Assembly (NCBI GenBank): GCA_031422435.1
Contig: JANPLU010000014.1
Coordinates: forward strand, 35,929 to 99,928
DNA length: 64,000 nt
DNA from: Acaryochloridaceae cyanobacterium VAR_48_metabat_390
GTDB lineage: Bacteria > Cyanobacteriota > Cyanobacteriia > Thermosynechococcales > Thermosynechococcaceae
Reading direction: 5' to 3'
Shown: positions 61,775 to 64,000 of the stretch, piece by piece
Layout of the letters: each line of letters begins with the position of its first letter
How positions within the stretch are numbered: position 1 is the stretch's first letter
Notes under the pieces: generated by a model
What the model was told of the DNA's origin: nothing
The model's database searches: none
The model's input: the letters and a program-made list of their open reading frames with translations, nothing else
Position numbers and translations under genes: made by a program

Positions 61775-61808
61775 AACGCCGATCTTTTTAAGAAGATCGG
61801 CGTTTTTT
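61775..61808 (+). terminator. Rho-independent terminator
   Basis: 12-bp stem AACGCCGATCTT/AAGATCGGCGTT followed by a T run, just after the stop codon. Confidence 0.85.
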
Positions 61809-61914
61809 ATGAGTAGGCTGCATTCACAAACGCTTTACAATCATGAGATAGCGTAAAGCCTTGCAGTATCTTGGTTAAAGCAGCGGCATCCATTTTTTCT
61901 TGACGTAAACTCCC

Positions 61915-63105
61915 ATGACGGCGCAGACTCACAAAAAAGCAAAAGCCCTAAAGCCCACGAGCCAGCGTCCTGCAAAGGCACTATGCAGCGAGTGTGGGCT
62001 GTGCGACACCTACTACATTCACTACGTTAAAGAAGCCTGTGCCTTCATTAATCAGCAAATTTCGACGCTTGAAGCACAAACCCACGGACGCAGTCGGGAT
62101 TTAGATGCCCCCGATGACGTGTACTTCGGCGTGCATCAGTCTATGATGGCAGCGCGTAAAACGGAGCCGATCGCAGGGGCGCAGTGGACGGGCATGGTTA
62201 GCGCGATCGCCATTGAAATGCTGAATCGCGGCATGGTGGAGGGCGTTGTGTGTGTCCAGAACACCAAAGAAGATCGGTTTGGCCCCATGCCCGTCATTGC
62301 CAAAACCCCAGAAGATATTTTGGCAGCGCGGGTTAATAAGCCCACCCTTTCGCCCAATCTTTCGGTGCTAGAGCAGATTGAGCAGTCGGGGATGAAGCGG
62401 CTTCTGGTCATTGGTGTAGGCTGTCAAATTCAGGCGCTGCGAGCGGTTGAAAAAGAGCTGGGGCTAGAAAAGCTCTATGTGCTGGGCACCCCCTGCGTCG
62501 ATAACGTGACCCGTGCGGGGCTGCAAAAGTTTTTAGATACCACCAGCCGATCGCCGGATACGGTGGTGTACTACGAGTTTATGCAGGACTTTAAAGTGCA
62601 CTTTAAACACGAAGATGGCTCCACGGAGACGGTGCCATTTTTTGGTCTTAAAACCAATCAGCTTAAAGATGTCTTTGCACCCTCGTGCATGAGCTGTTTT
62701 GACTATGTAAATTCTCTGGCAGATTTAGTGGTGGGCTACATGGGCGCACCCTTTGGCTGGCAGTGGACAGTCGTTCGTAACGACACGGGGCAAGAAATGC
62801 TGGATTTGATTGCTGACCAGATCGAGACGCAGCCTGTGAATTCCGTGGGCGATCGCCATCAGGCCGTGCAGCAAAGCATCCCTGCCTATGATAAGGGCGT
62901 AACCTTGCCTATGTGGGCGGCAAAGCTGATGGGGGTATTCATTGAGCGCATTGGCCCAAAGGGGCTGGAGTACGCTCGATTTTCAATTGATTCTCACTTC
63001 ACGCGCAATTACCTCTATATCAAACGCAACTATCCCGAAAAGCTAGAGGCGCATGTGCCAGCGTTTGCAAAAAAAATTGTCAGTCAATATAAACTTCCCC
63101 AGTAA
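61915..63105 (+). CDS. bciB: FrhB-family protein, ferredoxin-dependent divinyl chlorophyllide 8-vinyl reductase
   Basis: CSECGLC, GAQWTG, GVGCQ, LGTPCVDN and SCMSCFDY, typical of the cyanobacterial BciB/HCAR-like family. Confidence 0.8.
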   Translation: MTAQTHKKAKALKPTSQRPAKALCSECGLCDTYYIHYVKEACAFINQQISTLEAQTHGRSRDLDAPDDVYFGVHQSMMAARKTEPIAGAQWTGMVSAIAIEMLNRGMVEGVVCVQNTKEDRFGPMPVIAKTPEDILAARVNKPTLSPNLSVLEQIEQSGMKRLLVIGVGCQIQALRAVEKELGLEKLYVLGTPCVDNVTRAGLQKFLDTTSRSPDTVVYYEFMQDFKVHFKHEDGSTETVPFFGLKTNQLKDVFAPSCMSCFDYVNSLADLVVGYMGAPFGWQWTVVRNDTGQEMLDLIADQIETQPVNSVGDRHQAVQQSIPAYDKGVTLPMWAAKLMGVFIERIGPKGLEYARFSIDSHFTRNYLYIKRNYPEKLEAHVPAFAKKIVSQYKLPQ

Positions 63106-63107
63106 CT

Positions 63108-63755
63108 ATGACCACTACAAGCAGCAGCATCGAATCCCCTCCCTTTTTGTCAGGACTTCGGATTTTGGGCTATCAGTTTAAGCTGATCGGCTGGGTGAGT
63201 TTTTGGCTTAAGCTAGCGCTGGCGATCGCCGCCATTGTCATTGTGCTGTTTGCCTCCGCCACCTTGGGTGGTCGCCCTGCTGCCCCAGGTCAGCCTGTCC
63301 CAACCGCTGGGGCAGGAATCGGGCTTGGCATCCCCTTCTTAATTGGTGGCGTGGTGTGTCTCTCGATTAGCGTGTACTGGAGTTTTTTCTACACGCGACT
63401 GAGTCGGCGATTGGTAAAGCCGAGTCCCAAAGGTCAGCCTTCTAAAAGCGAAACAACGAACTGGATCAGAGCCGCGCTCATTACAGACTTAATTGGAATG
63501 CTACTGATGGTGATTGGTGCGGAGAGCATTGGCGGTATTTTGTTTGGCAAAGCGCTTTCCCAAGGGGTTGGCTCCTTTATTAGCATTGACCCCACCCGCT
63601 TTATCCAGCCTGGAGATTTACTGATTATTTTAGGCAGTATTCACGGCATTACAGGTCTTTTTATTGGGTTGTCAAGTTCGCTTTGGCTGCTCCAGCAAAC
63701 TGCAATGCAGAAGCCGCCCGTGGTGTCTGAGGTCGCCGCTGGCAGAAATGACTGA
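63108..63755 (+). CDS. DUF3611 family membrane protein
   Basis: GWVSFW.KL and P..SET...I...LIGML...G.LF.KAL patterns, with about four TM segments. Confidence 0.75.
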   Translation: MTTTSSSIESPPFLSGLRILGYQFKLIGWVSFWLKLALAIAAIVIVLFASATLGGRPAAPGQPVPTAGAGIGLGIPFLIGGVVCLSISVYWSFFYTRLSRRLVKPSPKGQPSKSETTNWIRAALITDLIGMLLMVIGAESIGGILFGKALSQGVGSFISIDPTRFIQPGDLLIILGSIHGITGLFIGLSSSLWLLQQTAMQKPPVVSEVAAGRND

Positions 63756-64000
63756 GTTACCGCCTTTGTCTACAGAAACACTGTGGGGGATTCTTCGCGG
63801 CGAAGTACCGGATGAGATGGTAAATCGTCTACTGTGGCGCTGCTTGGGCTATCGCCATACCCCAGAGGTACACCAGTGGGATATCAGTTCCGTGTCTATG
63901 GACTGGTCAAGCCAATATCCAGAGCCGCCAGATTTTATTGGGAGCCGACCTGCAACAGTTAAGCTCACTCGCTCTATTCCATCCGAAAATAAGCAGCTTT
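63748..64000 (+). CDS. DUF1823 family protein, 5' part (runs off the window end)
   Basis: Not in the ORF track. Reads MTELPPLSTETLWGIL...VNRLLWRCLGYR...YPEPPDFIGSRPATVKLTRSIP.ENKQL. Confidence 0.8.
   Translation, partial: MTELPPLSTETLWGILRGEVPDEMVNRLLWRCLGYRHTPEVHQWDISSVSMDWSSQYPEPPDFIGSRPATVKLTRSIPSENKQL

Overview
This is a gene-dense cyanobacterial chromosomal window. The HIP1 octamer GCGATCGC recurs about once per kb by eye, and cyanobacterial genes such as ebsA, mgdA, bciB and COP23 are present. Most of the window is housekeeping or metabolic: moaC, trmFO, ribF, surE, bioD, thrC, menE, rsmI, pmbA, pepP, dapB, aroK and tRNA-Arg(CCT). It also holds a hopanoid C-2 methylase (hpnP) and a circularly permuted ATP-grasp/alpha-E/transglutaminase operon. 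Accessory material lies at about 40-50.5 kb: an AT-rich patch of gene relics, a single-chain nuclease-methyltransferase and an unannotated translationally coupled three-gene cassette ending in a minimal GIY-YIG nuclease. The best candidates for new biology are (1) an intact-looking c-di-GMP-I riboswitch between convergent thrC and a CmpR/NdhR-type LysR gene, with no sense-strand gene downstream, so it may control an antisense RNA or a 17-aa peptide, and (2) the three-gene GIY-YIG cassette. All calls come from motif recognition by eye; no database searches were run.
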